Of a DNA stretch of 64,000 nucleotides, positions 45,001 through 54,843 are shown piece after piece. Under the pieces are notes generated by a model. That model was not told the origin of the DNA, searched no databases, and saw only the letters and a list, made by a program, of their open reading frames with translations. This DNA comes from Gekko japonicus. Its lineage: Eukaryota. The position numbers and the translations under genes were made by a program. Location: NCBI RefSeq assembly GCF_001447785.1, contig NW_015163125.1, forward strand, positions 256,344 to 320,343. Reading direction: 5' to 3'. Each line of letters begins with the position of its first letter. Positions within the stretch are counted from its first letter, which is position 1.

Positions 45001-46908
45001 TTTTAATTTCTTCTCCTTGCCTGGAAACATTCCTTTTCTCTTTCATAGGTGTAAAAAGTCCTGTATCCTTTTTCCTTGGCTATCATCCTGATTTCTCTCA
45101 AAAGACTCATAGGTTGGATGGTATAGTGTGGTCTCCTCCTCATTTTTAGGTTGCAAGCCAACGTTTTGAAAATTCTTAATAATATTTTTGCATGCTTCCT
45201 CCGCTGCCTGCTGAATCTCACTGATCAATAACTCTTTAAATTGTTCCAGAGTTAGTTGTCCTATTTCTGTGTTTTCCAAATCAATCAGAACAGTTTCTCC
45301 TGCTGGGGTTTCTTCATTCTCCCCTTCAGTCACCATTTTCGTTTCATTTAGCTCCACTCCTTTTAGTAGCCGCATATATATTCCAAAATTGGAGATAGTC
45401 TCAAATAATCGCTTTAATGGAGGTCTTCAACAGTTGATAAGATAACTTAAACAGACTCATGCTCTTGCCCTTGTTGCATGTTGAATTAGAACAAAAGGAA
45501 TTTTTTTTTTTTAAGGGAGGTTGTGGCTTGTGTAAGACACGGCAGCCATGCTTGCTCCTCCTCCTGCTTCTGCATCGGGATAGTCGGTCTCTTCCCCGCT
45601 AACCACCGTTGCGGGGGGGGGGGACCGGACAAGTCTCCTGCACCTGGTCTCCCTCCAGGAGGTCCAGGATGGAGCCCAACATGACGGGAGGTCGGGGGGG
45701 GGGGGTCTCCAAAAAGAAGCCAGAAAGGTGGGGAGACTCGGGAGCGGCCCGAGAATCACCTGGGATGCTGCGCCATTTTCACTAAAATATTGTTTATAAC
45801 TTAGCATACATAATTATACTGTTTCTCATATTTATATGCAATTTTAAAGATATGAATGTCTTCATTATCTATAAAAAAGGTTGCAGGTACACCAAATACT
45901 CAACAAAGAGCTGCAGACTGCAACACTGTATGGTACCGTAGCACATGTATCTTAATTTTTGCTACCTGAGAGGCAGGAAAATATAAAAGGTGAAGGTAGA
46001 GAACAAATTTTGTAGTAAACAAAGTGTAGTATTTGATATTAAGTTAAACTTTATAATATTGAAAACACTGAACTGTTTGACAATGTATTATCATTGAACA
46101 CTTTCTAGCATGTTTCTGTTGCCAAAATTATTTACATTTAAACAAAAACTATCCTTGAAAATGTATATGTCTGCAGTATATAATGTAGATTGTCCTACAT
46201 AAAAAGGTCCTACTACACATTTTGAGTAAAACCTTGCCTTTCATCTCACTCATTTCAAAAGGAAAGAAAGAAGTGCTTCCCCAAATGTCCTGTTTTTTCC
46301 ACTGGATACATTCTAAAGAGAAAATATTTAATTGAAGTTTGTTTTCAGTGCTCCCCTAAATTGCCGTTTTTCTATTGGAAAATTTTCTTAAGTTCTCAGA
46401 CTCTTTCATGCTGTACATTTAGTGTGAAAACCTTGCCTTAAAGAATCACTGCTTAAAAGAGAAAGCAAAGGTGGTTGATTTTTCCAGTGTTCCCCCAAAT
46501 TTCCCAATATTTCTGTCTGAAAACGGGGGGGGGGTTCTTGAGGGAAGGGGGGCTTTAAAGAAAAATTCAGTTTCCCCCCCTGGATCTTCACATCTTTAAT
46601 TGCAACAAACCATCAACTGCAGCTGTGGCTGTCTCTTGTACAGGACAGGAAATGAGAAAAGATAGAGTATTATCTTTTTTGCATTCTTAGTGAGCTCCTG
46701 GAGACGGGGCGATGACAGAAGGGAAGAGCGCGAAGAACGTGAAACAGTTCGACGACTGCCTGGTCCAGCTACTCCTCCTGTCTCAAAAGAGAGAGACAAA
46801 GATGGTGAGAAAGAGAAGGGAGCCTGGAGAACCGAAAAAGAGAGAGAATCCCTTCGTCGCACTAAAAATGAAACTGATGAAGATGGTTGGACCACTGTGC
46901 GACGTTAA
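11982..46908 (+). CDS. EIF3A: Eukaryotic translation initiation factor 3 subunit A, complete gene (22 coding exons, 1380 aa)
   Basis: 22 GT-AG exons sum to 4143 nt with consistent phases, from [25 protein letters not shown] to ...[12 protein letters not shown]. Contains the PCI region, a spectrin/coiled-coil region and C-terminal DDDRGPRRG repeats. Confidence 0.98.
13497..13652. mobile_element. Palindromic Penelope-like non-autonomous element
   Basis: Imperfect hairpin: CACCTTAAAGAC..TAAGCATTTGTGAGTCA / TGACTCATGAAAGCTTA..GTCTCCAAGGTG. Confidence 0.55.
15213..15403 (+). CDS. EIF3A: EIF3A exon 2 (191 nt)
   Basis: [29 protein letters not shown]...YKNICQQ. Confidence 0.96.
15560..17270 (-). 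mobile_element. Degraded RTE-clade LINE (3' end plus endonuclease fragment), interrupted by CR1
   Basis: RTE-type 3' end (GGGTCACCATAGGTCAC); peptides [17 protein letters not shown] and [26 protein letters not shown]. Confidence 0.72.
16302..16925 (-). mobile_element. CR1 LINE 3' fragment nested in RTE
   Basis: ORF 16502-16813 [21 protein letters not shown]...TRGHPMKL...[14 protein letters not shown] is the CR1 ORF2 C-terminus; 3'UTR shared with the 41057 copy. Confidence 0.85.
17481..17617 (+). CDS. EIF3A: EIF3A exon 3 (137 nt)
   Basis: [22 protein letters not shown]...DNIQTPE. Confidence 0.96.
17933..18096 (+). CDS. EIF3A: EIF3A exon 4 (164 nt)
   Basis: [55 protein letters not shown]. 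Confidence 0.96.
18413..18612 (+). CDS. EIF3A: EIF3A exon 5 (200 nt)
   Basis: [22 protein letters not shown]...SAISMELWQ. Confidence 0.96.
18869..19077 (+). CDS. EIF3A: EIF3A exon 6 (209 nt)
   Basis: [23 protein letters not shown]...LTQDEMQR. Confidence 0.96.
19140..19350 (+). mobile_element. 5S-derived SINE (old copy)
   Basis: AGCTAAGTAAGG..AGTAGTTGTATAGGAGACCACCAAG..GGCAATGGCAAACCAC. Confidence 0.65.
19430..19601 (+). CDS. EIF3A: EIF3A exon 7 (172 nt)
   Basis: [29 protein letters not shown]...LINDM. Confidence 0.96.
20016..20360 (+). mobile_element. Sauria SINE
   Basis: Full body with (ACCTTT)n tail; TSD TAATGTT. Confidence 0.88.
20430..20534 (+). CDS. EIF3A: EIF3A exon 8 (105 nt)
   Basis: [35 protein letters not shown]. 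Confidence 0.96.
21260..21389 (+). ncRNA. SNORA19: H/ACA snoRNA SNORA19 paralogue (EIF3A intron 8)
   Basis: GCACATTTCATTG...ATTTCTGATGTGC hairpin, H box AGATAA 21319-24, second hairpin TGAAGG..AATTA..CAGTCACCTTCA, ACA box 21384-86. Confidence 0.85.
21867..21965 (+). CDS. EIF3A: EIF3A exon 9 (99 nt)
   Basis: [33 protein letters not shown]. Confidence 0.95.
22205..22505 (+). ncRNA. Candidate long box C/D (+H/ACA-like hairpin) sno/scaRNA, unassigned family
   Basis: GCAGT-tt-GTGATGA (C box 22212-18) ... CTGA (D box 22497-500)-ACTGC terminal stem; internal hairpins and an ACA triplet. Confidence 0.5.
23096..23227 (+). ncRNA. SNORA19: H/ACA snoRNA SNORA19 (ACA19) (EIF3A intron 9)
   Basis: TGCACATTTCATTGACCTGCTTTCT...GCTAATTAGCAG...CTGCCAGTCTC closely matches ACA19 as recalled. 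H box AAAGGA 23155-60, ACA 23222-24. EIF3A is the known host gene. Confidence 0.92.
23404..23520 (+). CDS. EIF3A: EIF3A exon 10 (117 nt)
   Basis: [39 protein letters not shown]. Confidence 0.96.
24355..24430 (+). mobile_element. CR1 LINE 3' terminal fragment
   Basis: GGGGGTTGGACTAGATGG..CCCTTCCAACTC followed by (TGATTCTA)n tail. Confidence 0.75.
24901..25086 (+). CDS. EIF3A: EIF3A exon 11 (186 nt)
   Basis: [62 protein letters not shown]. Confidence 0.95.
25913..26260 (+). CDS. EIF3A: EIF3A exon 12 (348 nt)
   Basis: [40 protein letters not shown]...AFKDIDIE. Confidence 0.95.
26634..26669. other. Assembly gap (36 N)
   Basis: Run of N in EIF3A intron 12. Confidence 1.
26852..27123 (+). mobile_element. 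tRNA-derived squamate SINE (Squam3-like)
   Basis: GAGAGCCAGTTTGGTATAGTGGTTAAG..GATTTGATTCCCCACTCCTCCAC..CTCTCAGCCCCAC..GGTATAAATCCAATC. Confidence 0.82.
27527..27631 (+). CDS. EIF3A: EIF3A exon 13 (105 nt)
   Basis: [35 protein letters not shown]. Confidence 0.95.
27753..27866 (+). CDS. EIF3A: EIF3A exon 14 (114 nt)
   Basis: [38 protein letters not shown]. Confidence 0.95.
28556..28678 (+). CDS. EIF3A: EIF3A exon 15 (123 nt)
   Basis: [41 protein letters not shown]. Confidence 0.95.
29612..29760 (-). mobile_element. 5S-derived SINE
   Basis: CTCCCGTCCAAGTACT..CTGCTTAGCTTCTGAGATCTGAC (reverse of 5S core). Confidence 0.7.
30081..30275. mobile_element. hAT-type MITE (same family as 4711-4918)
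   Basis: Same 19-bp TIRs; perfect 8-bp TSD ATCATGAG (30073-80, 30276-83). Confidence 0.88.
31915..32114 (-). mobile_element. 5S-derived SINE
   Basis: CCCAAATACTAGCC..GCTTAGCTTCCCAGATCTGAC..GATCAGGCTAGTCTGGGCTATCCAGGTCA. Confidence 0.7.
33161..33314 (+). CDS. EIF3A: EIF3A exon 16 (154 nt)
   Basis: [51 protein letters not shown]. Confidence 0.95.
33618..33802 (+). CDS. EIF3A: EIF3A exon 17 (185 nt)
   Basis: [16 protein letters not shown]...[14 protein letters not shown]. Confidence 0.95.
34039..34127 (+). CDS. EIF3A: EIF3A exon 18 (89 nt)
   Basis: [29 protein letters not shown]; tag|GAG...AAG|gtat; phase fits neighbours. Confidence 0.92.
35602..36413 (+). CDS. EIF3A: EIF3A exon 19 (812 nt), 10-aa DDDRGPRRG repeat domain
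   Basis: [11 protein letters not shown]...([10 protein letters not shown])n...[10 protein letters not shown]; cag| acceptor, G|gtaaac donor. Confidence 0.95.
35801..36227 (+). repeat. 30-nt coding minisatellite in EIF3A exon 19
   Basis: Unit GATGACCGGGGCCC(G/A/C)AGGCGGGGGCTGGAT, about 14 units; first five nearly identical. Confidence 0.95.
37022..38682. mobile_element. Non-autonomous hAT-type DNA transposon (~1.66 kb)
   Basis: Ends TAGTGGTGTG / CACACCCCTA; 8-bp TSD TGAAGCAT/TGAGGCAT; subterminal TATTCG/CCGAAT repeats. Confidence 0.7.
39447..39621 (+). CDS. EIF3A: EIF3A exon 20 (175 nt)
   Basis: [32 protein letters not shown]...DRFKRP. Confidence 0.93.
40747..40937 (+). CDS. EIF3A: EIF3A exon 21 (191 nt)
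   Basis: [27 protein letters not shown]...[12 protein letters not shown]; A|gtaaga. Confidence 0.92.
41057..41860 (-). mobile_element. CR1 LINE 3' fragment
   Basis: ORF 41493-41816 [46 protein letters not shown]. Confidence 0.88.
41870..43180 (+). mobile_element. L2-clade LINE, frameshifted RT/ORF2 fragment
   Basis: [41 protein letters not shown] at ~42371, [13 protein letters not shown]. Confidence 0.88.
43370..43678 (-). mobile_element. CR1 ORF1 (esterase-like) fragment
   Basis: - strand reads [28 protein letters not shown], typical of the CR1 ORF1 C-terminus. Confidence 0.6.
43770..46598. mobile_element. Non-autonomous hAT element split by a retroposon
   Basis: Ends TGGAGATGTAA / TTCACATCTTTA; perfect 8-bp TSD ATTGCAAC (43762-69, 46599-606). 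Confidence 0.8.
43914..45779 (-). mobile_element. RT-less retroposed element (L1-dependent / half-L1-like)
   Basis: GC-rich 5' end starting AAAATGGCG, decayed ORF (45043-45375), AATAAA at 43927-32, 15-bp TSD 13/15 identical. Confidence 0.6.
46691..46908 (+). CDS. EIF3A: EIF3A exon 22 coding part (218 nt incl. stop)
   Basis: [14 protein letters not shown]...[17 protein letters not shown]. Confidence 0.95.
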
Positions 46909-47891
46909 GTTTAAAACCTAAACATGGTTTTAATATGGTGTTTAGCATTGATTTGAGAACAGAATATAACATTGGTGCTTTAACACTCTCAATTGGTATT
47001 CTTTAACAAAATTTTCTAGGTAATGTGGAGGCATGAAATTCTATTACTTGTATGTAGACTGATCATGCACAGAACTTGCAATTAAAAGTTGGAAATTAAA
47101 TACTGGTTATGCGAAACTTCAAATGTTGTATATGTCACAGATCACTTGGTGGTAAGAAATAATAATTAAAATAACCCTGTAGGTATCTTTGAATGGCACG
47201 TATATCTGTCAAAAACAAACCTAATCTTTATTTTGTGTAGCTCTGAACTTGGGTATAGTCTGCAAAGCATATATTTATAATTATATAAATTCATGCTTTG
47301 AAAGGACCATATAGTCTAAAACGGACATAAGAAAGAGCACCTTCCTGTTTGCGTATTTTTATGGCAAGAGGTTTTTTTGCTGGTGATAATTCACACATTC
47401 AATATGTGTTAATTTAGATTGCATTCAGTAATTGTTATGGACCCCTAGCTACACTGGGATTTTTTTTTCCCTTTTGGAGATTTCACATGAATGCATATAC
47501 TTTTCAAGCCCGTTTGCAGTCTTTATTCTGACAGTGAATGTCACTGCAGTGTCAGAAAAACAAAATGTAAGGCTTTAAAATGAAAGCATATTGCTGAGCC
47601 CCCCCGGTTGGCAAAAGACTATCTGCTTTTTCTGTTATGAATAATTCATGCCTTTTGAAGCATTTCTATATAGTGTCATATTTCAGATATGTGGTCTGGA
47701 GGAACTGCTTACTTTTTCCTTACTTCCCAGTTTCTTGTCTTTGGGGGGGTAAGTGCTTTACCTTTAAACAAGTGCTTTGTAGTAAGGGCTGGGTTGACTT
47801 CAATGGTGTGTGTGTGTGAAGTAGCACATGAATGATTGTTTTTAATTGAAGCCAACACAGAACTTGCTGCTGTGTGTTAACTTCAATGATA

Positions 47892-47897
47892 AATAAA
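47892..47897 (+). terminator. Probable EIF3A polyadenylation signal
   Basis: AATAAA ~1 kb after the stop, followed by TG-rich sequence. ATTAAA variants nearer the stop could be proximal sites. Confidence 0.55.
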
Positions 47898-47967
47898 CTT
47901 AACAAAATAAGGCACTGTTTTGCTGTGGCCTCTTAATTAACATTGCAACTTTGTGTGGTCATAGTCA

Positions 47968-48185
47968 TGAGCTGGTGTGCTGTAGCGGTTAGAGTGTCAG
48001 ACTAGGACTCGAGGCAATGAGGGTTAAATCACTACTCTGCCACGGAAGCTGGCTGGGTGACCTTGGGCCTCTTACAATCCCCAAGTGTAACCTACTTCAC
48101 AAGGTGGTTATTGTGAGGATAAGGCGGAGGAAGGGAGAACAATGTGATAAGCCAGTGTGGGCCCTTGATTAGGGAGGAAAGTGCA
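47968..48185 (+). mobile_element. Old tRNA-derived SINE
   Basis: TGTAGCGGTTAGAGTGTCAGACTAGG..GCTGGGTGACCTTGGGCC..AACCTACTTCACAAGG. Confidence 0.65.
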
Positions 48186-48826
48186 GTAATAATATAATAG
48201 TCCACATGGAGTTATTGCTGGTCATCAGGGTGGTGTGGTTAAAGCACACATGACTTAGGCGGGCAGAAGCCATGGGAGATGTGACCTTCTCAGTGTGCTT
48301 TCAGAGTAGCTGCGTTGTTTAATGATAAACTCAACTCTCTCTGCTTCAAGGAATACGGCCAAGATTTTGGTCACTGTGGCCTGGTTTCAGTTACAGGATT
48401 TCCATCAAAGAAAATATGTTTAAGTTAAATGTCTATTGAAAGTTCAGGGACATGACATAGCTGGGTAGACATCAGGAAAATGCTCCCCCTTACTCTTACA
48501 AGTTCTTGTTTTGAACACTTAAAAAATTTCTTCTACGTATTTTTCTTTGAAGGAATAAGAAGTTCCTGTGTGCAAATTAGATGCAGGTCTGTCTTACACT
48601 TGGCATACCTGTTTCATATGAGGACTTTGATTCCATTTCTTCCTAAATTGGCGGAAAGCTCTCTCAGCAGTAAAGTGCTTCTTTGGGAAGTAGCCTTCTG
48701 TTCTGTAACAGATTTACTCACTAAAATGTTTTCAGAGTCATACAGTGTGCATAATCTGCCAGGTTGCTAATGTGTCTGCAGCTTCATCTTTCAAAATACT
48801 CTGCAGGGGAAGTTACTTCTTTGGTA

Positions 48827-49153
48827 AAGGTAAAGGTTCCCTTGCTCGAAAGCCAGTCGAATCCGACTCTAGGGTTGCGGTGCTCATCTCCGTTTCCAAG
48901 CCGAAGAGCCAGCGCTGTCCGAAGACGTTTTTGTGGTCATGTGGCCGGCGTGACTAAACACCAAGGCGCACGGAACGCTGTTACCTTCCCACCGAAGTGG
49001 TACCTATTAATCTACTTGCAATTTCTTGCTTTCGAACTGCTAGGTTGGCAGGAGCTGGAACTAGAGACGGGAGCTCACTCCATCTTGCGGCACCCAGGTC
49101 TCGAACTACTGACCTTCCACAGCCTGCAGTTCAGTGTCTTAACCACTTGAGCC
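48827..49153 (-). mobile_element. Sauria SINE with 29-bp flanking duplication
   Basis: Full body; ACTCTGCAGGGGAAGTTACTTCTTTGGTA at 48798-826 and 49154-182. Confidence 0.9.
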
Positions 49154-52074
49154 ACTCTGCAGGGGAAGTTACTTCTTTGGTACCTGGAACTAAATTACAG
49201 ATCTAGATCTGGATCCAAAGAACTGCACAACTGTTGTTCTCTATGTGTGTGCATGTGTGTGCAAGAGCTGTTTTTTTTCCTGGGGTGTGTGTGTGTGCTC
49301 TTAACCAGCACCTGACCATGCAATATTAGGAAGCCACTTTTAAACTGGCAAGTTTCAAAGGCAGCATGAGGGCCTGTTTAGTTCTGCTGGCTGGGTTTTT
49401 TTGGTTGTTTTTTAAATTCCAACAGGTATGTACAAGCCTCTGGGTGTGTCTAAAGTAGCTTTCTAGCTATTGTCCCTGTTTTGCAAAGGAATTGTACAAA
49501 ACTGAATTCCATATTAATCTTCAGAATGAAGCCATGAGTTAGCACTGCAGAATTGTTCTGTTTGAGCTCACTTCTGGAAGTGAACAGTTTTAAGCAAAAC
49601 TTTATTTTCTGTTCCCTTTGGATTTCATGGACTATATTTACACATAAAAATTGAAAGATTCCAAGATTCTGCACATAATAGACTCATTCAGAAGCGCACA
49701 CAGCCTTCACAAGCAATCTCATACACTACACTTTTCCAATGCACAATGCATTTTATGGGAAGAAGAGTAGGACTTGTGGAAGGCTGCCATGCCTAGCTAG
49801 TTTAGGTAAGGGTCTTGCAGATACTTTTAATTAAACCTCAAAAGTGGTCAGAATCTTCAAGGCCTAGGACTGGCTTAAAGGACCATCTCTTCCTAAATGC
49901 CCTTGTGTGTTAACCACAGTTAAATGCTACCTTCTCCCCTGGTTAGGGTAGCTTGCCTGGGAGAGCCTTTGTTTTTTGTGTCCTAGTTCCAACTGTATGG
50001 AGAGGGCTTCCTGAGGAAGTGAAGAGGTCATCATCTCTATATATTCAGGAGGCACTGCAAGGCACTACTCGTGTTTTCTAGATCTTTTAATGGGATGCAG
50101 GCATTGTTTGGGGTTTGACTCTTGAGTAGGTAAACCACCATGAGCCATTGGGGAATAGGGGGATACCAGTATGCTAATAAATATAGTTTTGGGCCTAATT
50201 TTGCTTCATCAAAATGGAGTGTGAATTCTGAAGCAAATTAACAAATGTATCATGAACAGCTATAGGTTAGCACTTATTTTAACTGTTATGCTTCCCATAA
50301 GTGCTAAATGTTATAAGTGGGCATTCAAACTAGATACAGTAGCATCTCTTGAGCATTTCCCATCTAAGCAGCCAATGTACATAATTTTTGAAATGCTATA
50401 TAAGCTAAAATGTAATGCAACTTACTTTTAAATACTTCAGTATTTAGTGGTAACTGAATGCTCACATTTCATGGCTCTGTGAAGGTGTGAAATTTGGCGC
50501 TATGTCCAATTTTGGTTGTACCAAACTAGTCCCATACCAGTAAATGTTCTATCACTGAATACCTGATGTTCTCGATTAGCGGAAAGTTTGTCAGTATTTT
50601 GTGCTGTTCTGGGAATTGTTCAGTATAATTGAGCTTGTCTCCCTGACTGTATTTTCTGTTAGGGCTTCCCTGCCAGTGGAAGGGGACGTGGGAAGTAATT
50701 TTCACCAGTTCCACTACAGGCCCCCAACTTTGCCACCCAGTGCTGCTCTTGAGGATTCACCAACCACTCGGCAGGGTTTCATGGAACATGCCAGACTGCA
50801 GTAGGAGGTTGGAAAGTTTCTTTCCACAAGTATTGCTGTGCCTGCATAGCATAGGATCCAAGCCTTACTTTGGAACCATCTCCTGAGAGTGGTGTGAAGT
50901 GCCTCATATTATACAAATACCAGATTGTTTGATTTGTAAGGACATACAGAAGAACTGGATCGTGGAGGAGTTCTAGTGGCCACTCCTGGAATAAACTAAC
51001 CAGCATGTATAATTGCATTCCACCATACTATGTCCTGAAAGAAGTGGTTGTTTAGGTACTTGTGTGATGAGTTGTGCATAGAGTCCACAAACAGGCACTT
51101 GATGATCACTATCTGAACGTATCAGGCAGCCACAGGAGAAGCTTTCTGGCCATTGGCTGAGGCCCAAATGAGATCTGCTGACAGCCATTGCCTCTCTTTA
51201 AACACATAACTAATCCTGTAGAAGTACACGGTTTGATTAACACACACGCACACAGAGTGCATTGCAGAATCCCTTTCCCTTCCAAGCTTCTGTCCCCAAA
51301 GTCTTGATACTAAAACCTCATTCAATGAAAAGTTTAAGCAATAAATAAATGTGTTAGGGAACATTCCTGTTTAAATATGCAGAATTGCAATGGTTACATA
51401 TAGTCAGTCCTACTGATGATGGCTGCAGAGGAGAACCAAGGATGCAAAATTATATTTTTTTATACACTTAAAGGTTACAGTGATGGCTCATTCTTGTCCA
51501 CCAGTTACATGGCACTATCAGTCTGCAGGCACGGAGTCAAACTGGATATGAGAGGAAAACATGAAACTGCTTTATACTGAATCAGACCCTTGGTCTATCA
51601 AAGTCAGTATTGTCTACGCTGTATGTTTAATGTGTGCCTACCCTATTTGTGTATTAAGTACAGAAGGTGCATGAGTAGGGTTACTTTTATTGTAAAAAGC
51701 ACATGGGAAAGGAGTGGAAGTGTTCCCCTCCTCCATTTGTTTCCGAGGCTGGGGAGGAGAATGCCTAACACACAGCCAACAATAAAGACTTTTCTCCTCA
51801 TACATTGTAAGAAGTAGCTCTCACACACACCTACTATTTCATAACTTAATAGGGTAGACACCCAAGCATGGGCTGGCCCTGTCAATTTCATTTGGCTTTT
51901 ACCTTAACTGCCCTAAACCCTCATAAGTTTGTTTCAATGCAGCTTGGCTTCTAGGCAAGCATACTTAGGAGCGGGGGTGGTGGTGGTGGTAGGATACAGA
52001 ATCTACATTCTGGAAATATTCCTGTTAGTAGCTTGTATTTTGTTTTTGGAAAACAGTTAAGCACCTAAGACGGC

Positions 52075-52080
52075 TTTATT
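52075..52080 (-). terminator. Candidate NANOS1 polyadenylation signal
   Basis: AATAAA on the - strand ~2.8 kb after the stop. Other AATAAA exist, so the true 3' end is not certain. Confidence 0.35.
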
Positions 52081-52512
52081 ATAATGTCACTTGAAACTGC
52101 ACATCTGTAGCCCGGGTGCTATTACAGATAGGTACCACTCACCTGCTCAGGACACCTTTTCAATGTTTTCTGGGCAATCAAGCCCTAGACACAACATGTT
52201 CCAAAAATTTGCACAGAACTGGTTATAGAAGGTGGCTGAGGAGCATGCATGCATATCTCAGATTGCTCTCTTCATGACAAGCTTGTATCCTTTGTAACTG
52301 AAGAGGACAGTGGCAGTTTTCATAAAAAGGTTTGCAAGTTCCACTAGCCCTTGTAAAAAAAAACCCTCTCCTAGACGTGTACCGCAAAGCAACTCAGTTT
52401 TTACCAGCATCCACCTACAATCCAAATTGTATTGCTAAGCAAGTTTGCTTAATGGATTCAATTTGATTCTGCCTGATCTGTGCACATTTACTTGTAACCA
52501 AACCACACTGAC

Positions 52513-52690
52513 ACCCTGACCGAATCACCTAGGCTAGTCCGATCTCAGAAGCTAAGCAGCATCAGCCCTGGATAGTATTTGGAAGGAAGACCACCAAGGA
52601 AGTCCAGGGCTGTGATGTAGGCAACGGCAAACCACCTCGGCAAAACCCCATGTAGCTGCTGGAAGTCAGCTGCTACTTGATGGCACTTTC
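52513..52690 (+). mobile_element. 5S-derived SINE
   Basis: GATCTCAGAAGCTAAGCAG..TAGTATTTGGAAGGAAGACCACCAAGGAA..GGCAACGGCAAACCAC. Confidence 0.7.
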
Positions 52691-54843
52691 CCCCACCAGA
52701 CCTCACTGACAGTGACATCTGCTTCCAAGTCATTATAGGAACACACTGCAAACTAACAGCTTCCCTGTTCCCCAAAGGTCATTTACCTTGGAAATACTAA
52801 ATTTTATTCTAGTCATGGCTACAGATACTCGTATTCTTGAGAGACATGCCCACAGTGGCATACTGATGAGGTCAACACAGAATCTATTTTGGAAGGCGGA
52901 GGGCGGAGAGAACATTCATTGGCTCAACTAGTGGAGGGGAACTGCTGTGTGCATGTGTGTCCCCTCCCACCAAGTGCTTAGGCTGTAGAACTGAAACATC
53001 AACACCCTAAATACACTGCAAATAAGCTTGTTAATGTACTTTGAACATCAGACCTCCACCCAAAAGAACGTAGTTAACTGCTGGTATTGTCTTAAGGCAG
53101 CATTTTTAGGGTTACGCCCAACACAGAGCCTACTACAGCCTTGTGTGATACAAGTGTGCACTTTGGGCTACTGCTGAACATGTATGTAATCACTGTAGAG
53201 AGACGTACAGGCTTCTCCATACACAAATGTATTCTACATTGGAAAACATCACACAGCACTGCTACTGCTAGAAGGCAACAGGAAACAGCCATTAGTCCAA
53301 ATCAGAAAGGTTTTGTGTTTTGTTTTTAAAAACCCTGGCTGAAATGATCCCTTTAGTATCTTAAGGAAAGGCACCACAGAGTTCCTTCATCACACTGGCT
53401 CTTAGCTCCTGAACAGCAGAAATAAGTCAGTCCTCTACCAAAACCATTCAAATCCCCCCCCCCTTCCCCATAGCTGTTAGGCATCTCAGCCTGCAATCCT
53501 CTCTCTGGTTTCACTTGGCCCATCATCACTCACGGCCAGACCGGTTAGCTACTGCTGCTCTATGCAGCAATGTTTACTTGAAACATGGGCTTAAGCATAC
53601 ACAATATACATGCCTGCCTGCTTTACCCTGTGTTTTTGTCATTTTTTAAAAAAACTTGCATACCAGAGGAGCTACCGCAACAAGCAGTATTTTCTTTGGA
53701 TATATATTACTGTAACAGAAGTGAAAGAATGTTAGCTACAGTGTGTCAGGATGATTCTTTGCTTTCACAGAAGAAACTGGAGCAGCTCAACAAGGCCTGT
53801 GGTCTGAAGAGGTTGCTCTCACCTCCAGGGCTCTTGACATTTTATCATTTTAAGGAAGCAGAGGCTAGGTCTGGGGGAGGAAAGAACAGACTGTAGTCAG
53901 ATCTCTGCAACATCTTTACTTCCACTGCGTATCTAACAGTTTGACAAAGGATCCTCAGCTGGGCTACAGAGAGATAATCAGCATTTAAAGAAAAGCAGTG
54001 GGGGCAATGGGAAAACTCATTTTTGGAATGGTGAACCAAAAGAGAAAGATGCACTCCAAGGAGGACTTAAACACCGGGGGGGGGGGGATTAAAAGTGAAC
54101 CTATACCATAAGAAATCCCTTCCCCCAACAAACTGTAACCTCCAGTTCCAACTCTTACAACCAATATTGCTTGTAGACGAACAGTAAAGACATCAATAGA
54201 AACAAAATACCAGTCCAATACATTGAGTTTCCCCTCAGCATGCCTTCAGCCTTGCTTCTTAAAAAAGTCACCTAAAAATCTTCATTTTGGTCATGTTTAT
54301 GTTAGCTGCACGGTTGTACACCTTAGTGGGCTCTTTCGGATCCTGTAGCAGTTCTTTTGTTCAAGGGGGTGTGTGCTCCCTTTCCTGCCCAGGATTAATA
54401 TCCAAGAAATCCACTGAATTAATATCCACTGAAGAGTACTCAATTCAATTTAAAAATTAGATATGATTTACAGTAAACAAATACAGGACTTCTAAAACTT
54501 GTGTAATTCTTATAGAGTTAAATTCAGGGGCCAGATTCTCTGGCGACTGTATACAAACTAGAAATTATACTTGATTATTTGATACGTAAATCAAGAACAT
54601 TTTTCTCTGTACATTCTACCGTCTCCAAGTTTAAATATATTAAATGTTAAAGAGACATCATTCGATTAAAGATTTTTTTAAAAAAAAGAAAAACTCCAAA
54701 GGAAAACGGTCCCGTCCCCCTCCCCCTGAAGAGGGCACGCGCGCTCAAACGCCTTTCCCCCTAATTAAGAGAAACATTTAATTTTGGGATCCGATGTGTC
54801 CGCAGCCACGCAGAATCCTCCCCCAGGCTCCGCGCAGCGCCCC

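Noticed and set aside
49427-49434. Perfect Pumilio element TGTACATA on the - strand
   Set aside because: 5.4 kb past the NANOS1 stop and beyond several AATAAA signals; cannot be placed in the transcript.
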